Source of the DNA: Lama guanicoe
Lineage: Eukaryota
Length of the DNA: 64,000 bases
Direction: 5' to 3'
NCBI GenBank assembly: GCA_013239625.1
Contig: MU054187.1
Span: 17,786,711-17,850,710 of the forward strand
Below the pieces are notes generated by a model that saw only the letters and a list, made by a program, of their open reading frames with translations, made no database searches and was not told the origin of the DNA. Below are positions 13,726 to 26,057 of this stretch, in pieces (positions within the stretch are counted from its first letter, which is position 1; every line of letters begins with the position of its first letter). The translations under genes and the position numbers were made by a program.

Positions 13726-14864
13726 GGATAATTTTAAAATTAATTACCCCAACATTGACTGTAATTTCATGATATCTAAACAACATATAATCAAGATTTT
13801 ATATATAAAAGTACTTAAAAGGAATGTAAATTAAAATTTATATATAAATATGTTTGTATTAAAATTATCATTAAAATTACATAAAATGTATTTATGTAAG
13901 ATAAATTTAGATATTATATGATCTTGATTACATTATTGAGATTTTTAGTTTTGTTTTTGTATCGTTAGACCTTGATGATAGCATAATGGTAACAAATTAT
14001 AGCAGAACGTAAGTTTAGGTGATTTGAGCTTAATAACAATATTTACTAACATTCAGCCTAAGTAACATTTGAATTGTGTGTGTGCGTGTGTGTGTGTGCA
14101 CACATACATATACATAGGTAGATAGAGCAATTGAGTTGAATTTCATAACACAGGTATGTAATACAGTAAAATCATCATTGGAACCTGCCTTTTAATTAGG
14201 TTTTTGAAATCTGAAAATAGTATCAATTCTCTTATATATGGTAAATATGTAATATTTCCACTAGACAATTACCTTTAGATTTTTATTAGATTTTATCCAT
14301 CTCCTTTGTTGTATTATTTGTAAGATTTTAGTAGTTCTTATCATATTAAAGGAATTGATTTTTTAAAATACTTCCAAATTTTAAAATTTTCTAAATTTTA
14401 ATTTCAGTAACTCTTTTTTCTGAGAAAGTAAGATCTTTATTTCTTTTTCCAAATCCACAGATTTCTTCTATAAGATAAACGCTATTTGGAACAATAAATC
14501 TTTTGATTACTAATATTTTGATTACTGTTAAGTAATTCAAACAAAAATCTGATTTATTAAATAAAATTCTAAATAGGTGAATTTTCTGGTAATCTTTCAC
14601 AAATAAAACCTATAAAATTTAATCTCAAACATTTTAGAAATTTTTGTTATGTATATGTATATATTTAATGGAGGCATTTAAAATATTTTAAATAATGTGA
14701 TGTAAACCCCTAATGTAAACACCATCTAATATAAGCACCTCCACCAGCGAAGTATTAATGTCAATTTTTACAACAAAATACCTGCTGTGTGTAGGATACT
14801 GAAGGAACGAATAGTGGGTAAAACGTGTCCCTCCTTAGAGATACTTAGAGAAATGATCAGACAC

Positions 14865-14980
14865 TACACTCTCTTATAAGAACAGGCATCGAGTCTGTCT
14901 GTATTACCACAATATTCCCTGAATGTCGCACAGTGCCTGATACATACAGTGGGTGCTCAGGATTTCAATGAGTAAACAAG
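14865..14980 (+). mobile_element. L2 LINE 3' end
   Basis: aagaacaggcatcgagtctgtctg...cacagtgcctgatacatacagtgggtgctcag...atgagtaaac. Confidence 0.55.
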
Positions 14981-15905
14981 CACCCCTGAAAACAAGTATA
15001 CTTTTTAAATTATCAAACAATGATGTGTCATTCCCAGTCATTTAAGATAGCTCTAATTTATTAATTTTTCCTGCTACCTACTATGAATGGATATTGGTTG
15101 GTCATAATATATATTATTTCGTTGATATAAAACAAAGAAATCTCTGCGATCCTGCAGTTTTTTCTGTTATCTTCTAGATGGAGATCCTTTATACTTTTGG
15201 TTAAAAAAAAAAATAGAAAGCTTCAGATGGCATGTCTGCTTAACATTGTGACTTGTGATTTTTCAGAATGGCCATCCATGTTTTTCACATAGGATCGTGT
15301 TTTACATTTCTCTGGATAAATTTCAGAAATAGTTATTCTTTGTTAGAAAGTCAGACAGGGATAAAAATAATAGTATGTATTAGTTGATTTCTTATTTTAT
15401 AGTTGGAATTTTTAAATGTGGAGAAAGTCATGAAATAATCAAGAAGGAAAAAGAGAAAAGTTCTGTGAATTTAGGGAAGGGGAAATTGGATTAAGTGAGC
15501 TCCATGAGAACAAACATCAAATCTGTCTTTTATTTAGCAGAATAACAACTTTCAGTTCAACTCTAGCTGCATAAATTTTACTTGAAATAGTTGTTGCCCT
15601 TCTTAAGTTTGTGTTGTTGTTGTTGATTCCATTGTCCTGCTCTGTGTAAATGTGGAACTTATTTGGATGTTTATCAAAACTGGCAGGGTGGCCTTCATAG
15701 TCAGAATTTTCATATCTAGTAACAGACATTGTATGAATTATCTGAGGATTCTTTTTGACACCAGTCCTTACCCTGGTAGTCAGATAATTAAGAGCTTGGT
15801 GGGTAGATTTCTGATGAACCAAAATAATGTCTTAAATTTTTTTTTAATATAAAGATACAAACAGTAGCATTCTCCTTATGGGTACACCTTTATATATTTT
15901 AATAG

Positions 15906-16022
15906 TAAGATGGACAAGTTAGGCCCTCCACTTCGAACTGGAAGACATGTGCAAAGGTTGTATGACAGTGATACAAAATCAGACAGTGCCATCAAAAGAC
16001 ATGAGTTATTACCCATTTACAA
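15906..16022 (+). CDS. ZC2HC1A: Candidate alternatively spliced in-frame cassette exon of ZC2HC1A (117 nt)
   Basis: ttttaatAG|T AAG ATG...TAC AA|GTAAGT. Phase 2 at both ends, exactly the host intron phase, and stop-free: (G)KMDKLGPPLRTGRHVQRLYDSDTKSDSAIKRHELLPIY(K). Confidence 0.72.
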
Positions 16023-17348
16023 GTAAGTATTTGTAATGCAGTATAGCTAATCTTTTTCAGATATTTCCTTAAAGACTTTATATAATGGAATCCTATAAAT
16101 TTGTACATTCCTATACTTAAATTTTTTTTATTTCATCATTTTTAAGCCAATAAGTGCTAAATAATCTTCTAGGACTTATAACGCTTTAATTTTTGATGAG
16201 CATTTCTATTGTCCTAAACCTGTTTTCAAAGAGTACATTTTAATCCATTAAATTTTAATTTTTAGAGGATTGAAATAGAAGTCACCTTCAATAGTTACTT
16301 TTATGAAGCTTTTTTTTTGGAGTAATATTTTTAAAAAGAAGAGTATAGGGTATATTATGCCATATATAATGTATAATATTGCTAGATTATCTTTTAATTA
16401 AACAGACGATGAGTAATATAAAAAAGCAGGGAAAAAAGATCTTAGAAAGCATTCAACTCAGGGATCTTCAGTCTTTTTGTTACATGGTTACAAATTCCAC
16501 ATAAAGCAGGTAAAGGACATGACACTGCCAGGGAGACTCCCATCTTCGTGCTGGCCCAGCAAACTGTGAAGAGAGGCTAGCGTGGCGGTGGCAGTCTTGG
16601 AACTTCCAAGTACGTCTTCGAGGTTTACTAGTTTGGGCCCCAAAACCAAGTCTAGCCTTCTCATTTTAAAATGATGAAATTAGGGTCTAATAAATTAAAT
16701 TACTTACTAAAATTGAAAAATGTTATTAAGGAGAGTTCCCTTGGCTAACTTTTAAACCAAGGCCTATTCTTACCAATAGATAATACATTTAACTAGATAT
16801 ACAATAAAACAAAGGTGGGAAAAGTCTTTAATGTGTTAGCAGCCATCATGTGTTATTTTTAAGTAGTTAGTGATAAATCCTAGGAGGAAGAATTTGTGCC
16901 TGAGCCATTTTTCTTTGTACTACTACTACTGTCTGTACCTCTGAAGCAGATCTCAAAGAAACATTGATTAGCCATTAGGATAAAGTACAATTCAAAAATT
17001 AAACCTCCTTTTATTATTGTTTGAACTGTATAGCAGGCTGCTTATAGACACACAGTAAGAGTAGCACTTTTCAGACTCTGGCCAGAAAGAAAAATGTGTT
17101 GACCATGTGAGACTGGGGCCATGTGTTTCAAGTACTGATCAAAACAGTTCTACCCAGTCTCTTAAGGATGGTTCTTGTCATGCTGATTTCACCTCATAGG
17201 GGATGTTACTAAAAATACATGACAGGCATTTAATAATTGCAGCTGTTGTTGATAATCATATTTTTCTTCAATTTTTAAAATAATTTTCTAATTATTTGAA
17301 TAACTTTATTGATAAATTGTGTGTGTATGTGTGTGGGTGTGTTTGTAT

Positions 17349-17553
17349 TTTTTTAACATTTTTTATTGATTTATAATCATTTTACAATGTTCTGTCAAAT
17401 TCCAGTGTAGAGCACAATTTTTCGGTTATACATAAACATATATATTCATTGTCACATTTTTTCTCTGTGAGCTGCCAAAAGGTCTTGTATATATTTCCCT
17501 ATGCTATACAGTATAATCTTGCTTATCTATTCTATAATTTTGAAATTCCAGTG
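17349..17553 (-). mobile_element. Short younger L1 3' end (artiodactyl/camelid type)
   Basis: ttttttattgatttataatcattttacaatgtt...ttccctatgctatacagtataatcttgcttatctattc. Confidence 0.75.
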
Positions 17554-17899
17554 TATTTTCTATGTATCTCATGTACACATGATGTGAAGGTGATAGGATT
17601 TCTAACAAGACTGTTCTATAGCCAAAAAAAAAAGTGCTTCCTGTTCCTCTTATGACTCTTACGGGAAGAAATGCCATTCTTCCAATGAATTTTTAGAGAT
17701 TGAATTCCTAAAAAGGCACATGGCAGTTCTGCAACATCCCTAGCAGGGCTGTGTAAAAGTAGAGTAGGAATACCTCATGGATGGACTTGTAGTGATCATT
17801 TGAAGGCCATTTCTTGAAGCGGTCCAGGGTAACTCATCCATGCATCAAGATGATTCCTGTCCAAGTTTATAAATAATTTAAAGTAACTATTCAAGGGAG

Positions 17900-18760
17900 C
17901 CTCCCTTTGAGTGACAGTATTGAGTACTGAAAATAAGATTTGTAAAAAGACCCACCTAAATTCAAGTTCAAATACTCTAGCTATGTAATAGTTTTGCAGT
18001 TTACTTAGTCTGTCTGAATTTAAAATGGGAGTGATATCTTCTGAGATTTTTGTGAAGATTAAACAAAGCAAAATAGGTGTAGTATTTAGCATCGTATTTG
18101 GCATGTAACAGCAGCTCGAAAAATAGTAGATGTTATTACCTGCCTGTATGTGGGAGGTAGCTCTTTAACTTTGCTATATAAGTAGAGAAGGAAGATTTTG
18201 AGCAAAAGTTTGAGAACTTCCAATCTAAAGGAATTTTTTAAAGTATTCTGCTTGTTCATATAACACAACATTGATTATCTCTGAAATGAAAAGAGTTGAC
18301 AAAATTTCTAAAGAGGGGAGGGAACTAACATTTTATTGAACATCTGACCCCTGGTTCTGCAACATACTAGCTGTGTCCCCTTGAGTAAGTTACTTAACTA
18401 CTCTTCCTCAGTTGGCACATTTGTAAATGAAATTAGTAATCCTTCCTACTTCATAGGATTATTATGAGGATTAAATAAATTTTACATGAAAGAGAGAGAA
18501 ATGTAGCTCTACCACATGTAGTTAGCACTTTTATGTAAATGTTAACTTGTAGTAGCAATAGCCGTAGTAGTAATAATAGTATTACCATGATCATAATCAG
18601 CTATGCTAAATGTTTATGTAAATTACAGTTTATATATCTGACTTCCTATAAGATAATGATGATGGTCACATTTTATAAATGAGGGAAATTGGACTCAGAG
18701 AGCAATTGGGATTTGAACCCAGATTCATCTGAATTCCAAAGCCTTTACTTTTACCATTAG
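17900..18760. mobile_element. Cluster of MIR fragments in both orientations
   Basis: About 17900-18130 (+), 18330-18490 (+: ctagctgtgtccccttgagtaagttacttaac) and 18590-18760 (-: cattttataaatgagggaaattggactcagagag, gggatttgaacccaga). Confidence 0.6.
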
Positions 18761-19372
18761 ACCATCATATAGCCATCTAAGCTTTCTTTGATTCCTGAAG
18801 TTTCAGAAAGGAAATTCAGTGATGATCCAACCATAACTCTTTACTGATAACAAATAGCCCAGGCTGTATAGTTGGTGAAATGAAATCTTTAAAGGCAAAA
18901 TTATATTAACCCACTTATTTTAGTTGCTGTTTCCAAGAACAGACTTTCATAAATAGAATATTATCCTCTTAAAATGGTTAGCTAATTTTTTAACCACATT
19001 TTGTATGCTTCACATTATTATTTAACAGTTATTCATAGGCACTGAACAAACACATTTCTATTTTGAGAAAACTATATATTTAAACTTAAATTTGAAGGCT
19101 TTTAGAATGATTAACTTACACATTTCGTGTAAAGAATATATACATGTTTCAGTGATTTTTTGCCCCAGGCACCATTACTAAATGCAAAATGCTTTGGTTT
19201 ATCCTTGGTATTAAGGATTTCAGATTTGAAATAATTATTTGGATTTTAATCTTTTGAACTTACTTCTCTACAGCTTCTAATTATTTTTCTAATCACGCAA
19301 ATTAGCAATTTGAGAAATAAATGCTTACTATTCAATAGTTTTTTCATTATGGCCTCTCTTTCTCTCTTCTAG

Positions 19373-19480
19373 AGCTAACATCAAACCTCGAAATTCCACA
19401 CCACCTAGTTTGGCTCGAAATCCTGCCTCAGGTGTGCTTACAAGCAAAAGGAAAACATATACAGAGAGCTACGTGACCAG
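19373..19480 (+). CDS. ZC2HC1A: ZC2HC1A coding exon (probably exon 8)
   Basis: ctctttctctcttctAG|A GCT AAC...ACC AG|GTATAT. Translates (G)ANIKPRNSTPPSLARNPASGVLTSKRKTYTESYVT(R); phase 2 to 2. Confidence 0.95.
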
Positions 19481-20581
19481 GTATATTTAGCTCTGATAGT
19501 ATAATAAATAAAAATGAGTGTTACGTAGTTTTCCAAGGGACATATACAAAAATTTCTATCAGGCCATTCATAGAAAATCAAATATTTCCTTTGCTATATT
19601 ATTTAATTTGGCTTTTACATTATACATTAAAGAAATGGTTTGGACATAAATAATGTTTTCTTGTACTTGTAAGTTTTATGGTAAATGCTCAGGGACAATT
19701 TGTTCAGTTCCACTAGATGCATTTGGTGTTTTTTATGTCTTAATTTTAACTGGAACATGATTATTTTTGCCTTTACAAATTGAATAATAGACCCTTTATA
19801 CCACTGCTATTATAATTTTCAGCCTCATTTTAATACATTTAAACTCCCCTGCTGAAATTGTGATAATCCATGTACTTCTGTTTCTAATCTGTGACAATAT
19901 TTGCACAACTTCGACATTCACTCTGTTTTTAAGCATATAATGAAATCATTCCAGTTATTTATTTTTTTATATGTATCCCATCTTATTTGAAAGTTTTAAG
20001 GAAAGGTACAGAAGGCCATGATGTATAGTGAGATAATTTTTTTTAATGAAAGAAGAATAGGAAAAGGAAAGACAAGAATTAAAAGAAACAGTGAAAAAAG
20101 GAGTTTGATTAGTCCACAAAAAATATGTGTCATGAGCCCTGTAGATAGATGAGCCCTGGGCCAAAAATTGGCAGCCAATTTACAAGAGAAGATAGAAGTA
20201 CTTAGTTACATGATCCATGATGTCTGAAACAAAAAAATAAATCTCTTTCTGAAAGTACAACTAGTCTTGAGGCCTCAAAATTTCTCCTGTGATTTCTCAT
20301 AAGGAGGCACTGGATAATTTAATGGATAATTTCTTAATTAGCATCCCTACTGAATCCATGCTAAATATGGCAATAGATTTCCTAGTTAATTTTTTTTTTT
20401 TTAGGATGCCTTCAATGCAGGCCTACAACATGATATCCTATGATTCACTAAAAATAGTTGTAATGTGGGTGTGTTATGTATAACTATATGTATATTGTCT
20501 GCTTTTGTTATAAGTATATAACATATACAGCTATCCATTATTCAGATTTTATCCAGGGACAGATTTTTCAAGTATCTAAGA

Positions 20582-20760
20582 TGGTAGATCTCAAGCTTTG
20601 TTGCTCATTAGAAAGAAGCATCTGTGGAGCTTTCTAAAAATGAATATGTTGAGGTCCCTCCCAGAAATTTTGATTTCTTTGGCTTGGAGAGTGGGATCTG
20701 GGCATCTGCCATTTAAAAAGTTTTAAGGGTTTTGCTTATGCATAAAATGAGAACTATAGA
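20582..20760. mobile_element. MER5-type hAT-Charlie element
   Basis: tctcaagctttgttgctcattagaa...catctgtggagctttctaaaaat...ctgggcatctgccatttaaaaag. Confidence 0.6.
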
Positions 20761-21229
20761 GGAACTGGTGAATTGCTGTTTTTTCAGCTAGAAGTTTTTA
20801 ATAAATTCTGTTTGTTTCACCTGAGATTTTGATACATTGAATATCAAAGATGTGAACTTAGGTTTCTTGGAGTCCTGGAGTGTGGCTCTACTATGTTACT
20901 GAATATGTGTGGAGCCATGTGATTTGAATCAATGCTGAGTATTAGCATTCTCTTATAAAATGGAAAACTTAATAAATACATATGCTTAAATAAAAGGATT
21001 ATTTTATCTTTCCAAAGAAGTAGACAAAAGAAGTGTCAACAGGCCGGAGCAAAACGTCACATTAAAAAAAATAAGTTTGGGTTATTCTTTTGTTTTCCTT
21101 TTTCTTTTTCTTTTTCAATGGTTTATATGTGATGGGAAGCCCTGAGCCTTATTCACTTGACTTATACTCTACCCTCATTCCAGACAGAAATAATTATAAC
21201 ATGGAGAAATCTCAGAGATTTATTTTTCT

Positions 21230-24200
21230 GCAAGTATGATAGACTGCATTTCCTGGATGACTCTTCCACCTAAAATACCTAGAAATGTTGTATTGAAAAG
21301 AACAAGTGTCTTTTTTAATGTATAGCTTAGCTCTCAGGAAAGTAAGGGAAACTGCCACAGAATAAAAATATAAAGGAAGGTAGAGATCAAATTGGTATTT
21401 TAACTTCAGTTAACACTGCAGTTGCTTTTGAGGTTTTCAGTAATTTTCACTGTGCAGAGGCTTGGGTTTTAATGTCATTGTGGAAGAGAAGAATTAATTT
21501 CTGGTACAGAAATGCAGTGTCAAAAACTCAACTTTCCCTTCCCTTCCTCACCTTGCCTCTTGCTCTAAGCCAGGACTGTTGCAGTGCTCAGCAAGGGGTC
21601 TTAAGCTTGGCCAGAGATACTCATATGATGGTATATTACTTTTGTCATTGGAAATATTTACAGGAAATGTGGGATGATAGCAGGGCAGCATCAGGTGTTT
21701 CTCTTTTATGGGAGCCCTTGCAGCAGTCCTGGAGCTTATCTTCCTTAGCTATCCAGCTGACAGCTTAGGTATGAGAGAGCAAGATCTCACAGGTGGGTGT
21801 AGGGACAGTTTAATTAGCAATCCTTTGTCCCCAAAGGGAAGCAGTATCTCTTATAACAGTTCCATAGGCATAGCTTCCCGGTTGTCCTGAGGGCCATGTC
21901 TAGTTTCAGTGGACCGCATATAAGTGCTGTTGCCTAGAAACTGGCATTTCACCTGTGTTGGATTTTCATTAAACAGAGCTAGGGAGTTTTCCCAAGGTCA
22001 AATAGGTCCACAGAAAAGTAGAAAGAGTTGTGTTAATCCTTCTATCACAGTATTCAGAGGGTCATCTCTCAGTGAAAGGGTGGATTAGAAAAAAAAAATC
22101 CACTAACCAGGAAAAGAGACCCAAGAAGACTTGTCTATCTTAGCATGGCTCAGAGTGATGTGAGAATTCCCGCTGATAACTGATTAACTATAGGCTCACC
22201 TGCACGGAAGTGTAAGCTTTGAAAGTACAGTATCTGCATATTCTAAGAAATTCTTAACTGAAAAAAAAAAAAAGATGCTTTTGATTTAGGTGTTCCCTTG
22301 GAGCCTGTAAAAGCAAAACCAAAGCAAATCATCTTTGGTGTGAAATACCCTTAACCTAGACTTCCTGATTCTCACAGTGAGCAAATGTGAGCTCACAATT
22401 CTAGATTATAAATCACACATGGAAACTTCAAACTATTTGAAGAAATAAGCAGTCATAAGTGAGAGTTAGCAAAAAAAAAAAAAAACACAAGTAGTCACAA
22501 CTCTAGATATTGAAATCATCAGATAAATCTTATAAAGTCAGTTTAAAGTATATAAAGAAAAAAGAGAGGGAATTGAAGTCTCTTTGACAATATACCATCA
22601 CAAAAAGATTAGAGCATCTTTACAAAAGAACCAAACAGAACTCAATATAAGGAAAAAACTCAAAATATAGTGTTTAAATTGCAGATTAGACACAGCTGAA
22701 GAAGAGAGAAATAAGCTAAAGGATAGATTTAAAGGCATTATCTAGAGTGGAGTCCCAAGAGAGAAGGGAGATGTGAGGGGGATTTTTAATTTTTAAGGTC
22801 TAAGATTGTTGAATCAGGGGTCAAAAGAAGAAAATCGAGTGAGAGACAGCATTTTTGAATAATTTATACCTGAAAATAATCCAGGGTTAATGAAAAACAC
22901 AAGTTCTCAAAATCAGAGAACAACAATCCCAAGCAGGATGAATAAAATGAAAACAACATATAGATGGAACTGTAATGAAACTTGGGAAGACAGACTGTGA
23001 GATCTTAAAAGCAGCTAGAGGGAAAGAACATTACTTAGACAACGTGAGGATCCCCCGGCTAGTACACAGCTCACTTGTGGAGCCAAAGACAGTGGAATCA
23101 GCACATTCAGGGTGCTGAGGGAAGTTAACTGCTGACCTTTGATTGTATACCAACTGAATCAGTGGTTCTCAAACTTTAATGTGCATCAGAATCACCCAGA
23201 GCACTAATTTTAACACAGCTTGTTGGCCTCACTCAAGGATTTCTCACTCAGTGAGTCTCGAATGGGGCACAAGGTTTTGCATTGACAGTAAGTTTCAGAT
23301 AATGCTGATGCTGCCAGATTGAGGACATCACTTGTGAACCAGTGACCTAAACTATCAGTCAAAGAATGAGAATGAAATAAAGCCATTTTCAGACAAAAAA
23401 ATGAGAAAATTTATCATCTGTAGACCATGACTAAAAGAACATTCTTTTCCTTAGAAAAGAGGAAAGTGTCCCATAGAGGTGGAATTTTGCAAGGAGGACT
23501 GATGAGCAAAGAAGTTGATAAATAAGTAAATCTAAATTAGTACTGAGTACATGAAATAGTAAAGATAAAACAGAAATTAATGAAATAAAAAGATTATAAC
23601 AGCATTAAGGAAAAACCTGGTGGTCAATGGGAGCTTCCTCCAAGATGGTGCCCAGCAGCTGCTAGAGATCCTGATTAGAGCACTCTGAATCTTGGCCTCT
23701 GCATTGTTGTTGGCAGGAGCAGAGAGGGAAGGAACTTCAGAGTGCTTTGTGATACTTCACCTTTAACTTCCCTGCTCATCACTACTGTCATCAAGTTGAA
23801 TTTTGCCAGGCCCTTTGTTCTAATTTACTTAGTCGTCACTACATGCTGCAGACTCTTCTTTCATCCTTCGTCCCCTGCGCTGCAGTCCTCAGGGCTCTGA
23901 ACAATCTCACTGCCACCCTGTACTGTGTCCCCTTTGCTTTATTGTTTGCTAGCTGACATGCTGTATATGTTATTTATGCTGTGTTTTGTCTTCTCCATAA
24001 AACAGTAAGCTTCCAAGCACAAGGAGTTTAATCTGTTTTGTACTGCTCTAACTCTAGGATCAGGAGGAGTACTTGACAGAAACTAGGCTCTCAGTAAATA
24101 TTTTTCCAAATAAGTGAATGAATAATAGATGAGGAGGACTAACAAAGCAAAAAATTTGGTTTGGGAGAAGATGCAAATAATATGCAGAATGAAAAGAGAA

Positions 24201-25460
24201 ATGTAACTGCAGACACAGCAGAGATTTAAAATTACAAGAACATCATGCCAGTAATTTGAAACTTGGATGAAACGCATGATTTCCTAGAAAAAGATAACTT
24301 ACGAAACCTGATTTCAAACAAACTTGAAATTATGATCATTGAAGAAATTGATTCAGTAATTAAACTTTTCCGGGGGGAAGGAAGTGAAAAACAACATTAT
24401 TCAACTTCTTTTCAAAGGTTAGGAAACTTTGATACCCAGACTAATAAGAGAATGTAAAATTACGATCAATCCTACTTATAAACTTGAAAAAAATGTATAA
24501 AATCTCTAAGAATTTTAGTAGACCCAATCCACAAACATGAAATTCGTGACTCTCTAGATTTATCACAGAAAATAAAATTGATTTAATTTCAGAAAGTGTT
24601 ACTATAACTTAATCACATCAACAGATTAAAGGATTAAAAAAATTGGTCAGTTTTTATATATGTATACACACACATGATTTACCACCTATTTTTAATTTAA
24701 AAGAAGAGCTTAGAAAATTAGGAATAGAAGAAATTGCCAAGAACACTAGATTTACTAGAACCCTACATCAGTCTTCATATTTGGTGGTGACATAAAAGAA
24801 GCGTTTTCTGTCAAAACAGAAATAACACAAGAATGTCAGCTATAATCATTTCTATTTTAACCTAACTAGTAAAAAAAAAACATTAAAATTACAAGACATG
24901 GAAAGGACACAAAACTTATATATAATATAATCATATTTAGAATATCCAAAAAATGAATGAATAAATATAATTGTCTTTTAGTAAATTCACTGGTTTTGTT
25001 ATTAGTATATTGAAAGTTATTGCAGTCTATCAGCAACAAATGGAAAATGCAGTTTTTAGAAATACCCATGCACAGATACACACAAATTCAGGGTGCACAG
25101 GAATAAAATTGAAAACCAAGCAAGAGCTTTAATTTTGATAGAATGACACAACTTCAAAGATGGTGAAACCTTAGTAAAAATGTACCTTCTTTGTAAAATA
25201 GAAAATTCAATATTATAAAACTTTTTGTAAAGCTATCTATTATACCTTAAATCAGTGCATAAATTCAGTGCAATTTTCAAGCAAAATATATGAATCCTGA
25301 GAAGTTCTTTTCATATGAAAGAATAAAAGCCTAACATTAGCTGGGGCAAGTTAAAGAAGAATGCATGGATGATTTATGAAGCTATAGTAATTAAGAAATG
25401 TGATACTGATTCAAGAGTAACGAAATAGAATAGTGGATCATGATGGAGTGATTAGAAAAA
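21230..25460 (+). mobile_element. Mosaic of decayed old L1 (5'/ORF1/ORF2 remnants) with younger insertions
   Basis: A-rich sense L1 text (gcagattagacacagctgaaga, gaaataaagccattttcagacaaa, tttgaaaacttggatgaaacgcatgatttcctagaaa). Interrupted by MER5A and an L2 3' end at about 23930-24125. Confidence 0.65.
23160..23345. mobile_element. MER5A DNA transposon
   Basis: cagtggttctcaaactttaatgtgcatcagaatcacc...gataatgctgatgctgcc...cacttgtgaaccagtg with recognisable terminal inverted repeats. Confidence 0.8.
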
Positions 25461-25472
25461 GACCCCATGAAT

Positions 25473-25750
25473 TCTTTTTTTGTTTGTTTTAATTGAAGTA
25501 TAGTTTACAATGACACACATACATTCCTTTTCATATTATTTTCCATTATAGGTTACTACCAGCCATTGAATACAGTTCCCTGTGCCCTGCAGTAGGACCT
25601 TGCTGTTTGTCTATTCTGTACATAGTTTGTATCTGCCAATCCCAAACTCCCAGTTTATCCCTCCCTCCCCCTCCCCTGTAAACATGTTTGTTTTCTATGT
25701 GTGTGAGTCTGTTTCTGTTTTGTAAACGAGTTCATTTGTGATTCTTTTTT
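25473..25750 (-). mobile_element. L1 3' end (artiodactyl type)
   Basis: ttttaattgaagtatagtttacaat...aatacagttccctgtgc...cccaaactcccagtttatccctccc...gtgagtctgtttctgttttgtaaa. Confidence 0.8.
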
Positions 25751-25891
25751 AATCTAAACTAGAAGAATATTAACTATGAGATTAAGCAAGCTTTAGTTAT
25801 ATTTACTACTAGGTTCTCCTTCCCAAGGGTTATGGGTTGAAAACTACTGACATGAACTTTGTGTTTCTGCTTTTTTTCCGTCCCTCTCCAG

Positions 25892-26057
25892 GCCAGATGG
25901 AGACTATGTATCTTCACTTAACGGCGGAAACATTAAAGGCATTGAAGGAAATTCCACAGGACACTTACCAAAATTCTGCCACGAGTGTGGGACTAAATAC
26001 CCAGTAGAATGGGCAAAGTTCTGCTGTGAATGTGGCGTTCGAAGAATGGTTCTGTGA
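25892..26057 (+). CDS. ZC2HC1A: ZC2HC1A last coding exon with C-terminal double-CxxC zinc ribbon and stop codon
   Basis: tccctctccAG|G CCA GAT...CTG TGA. Translates (R)[54 protein letters not shown]. Confidence 0.96.
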
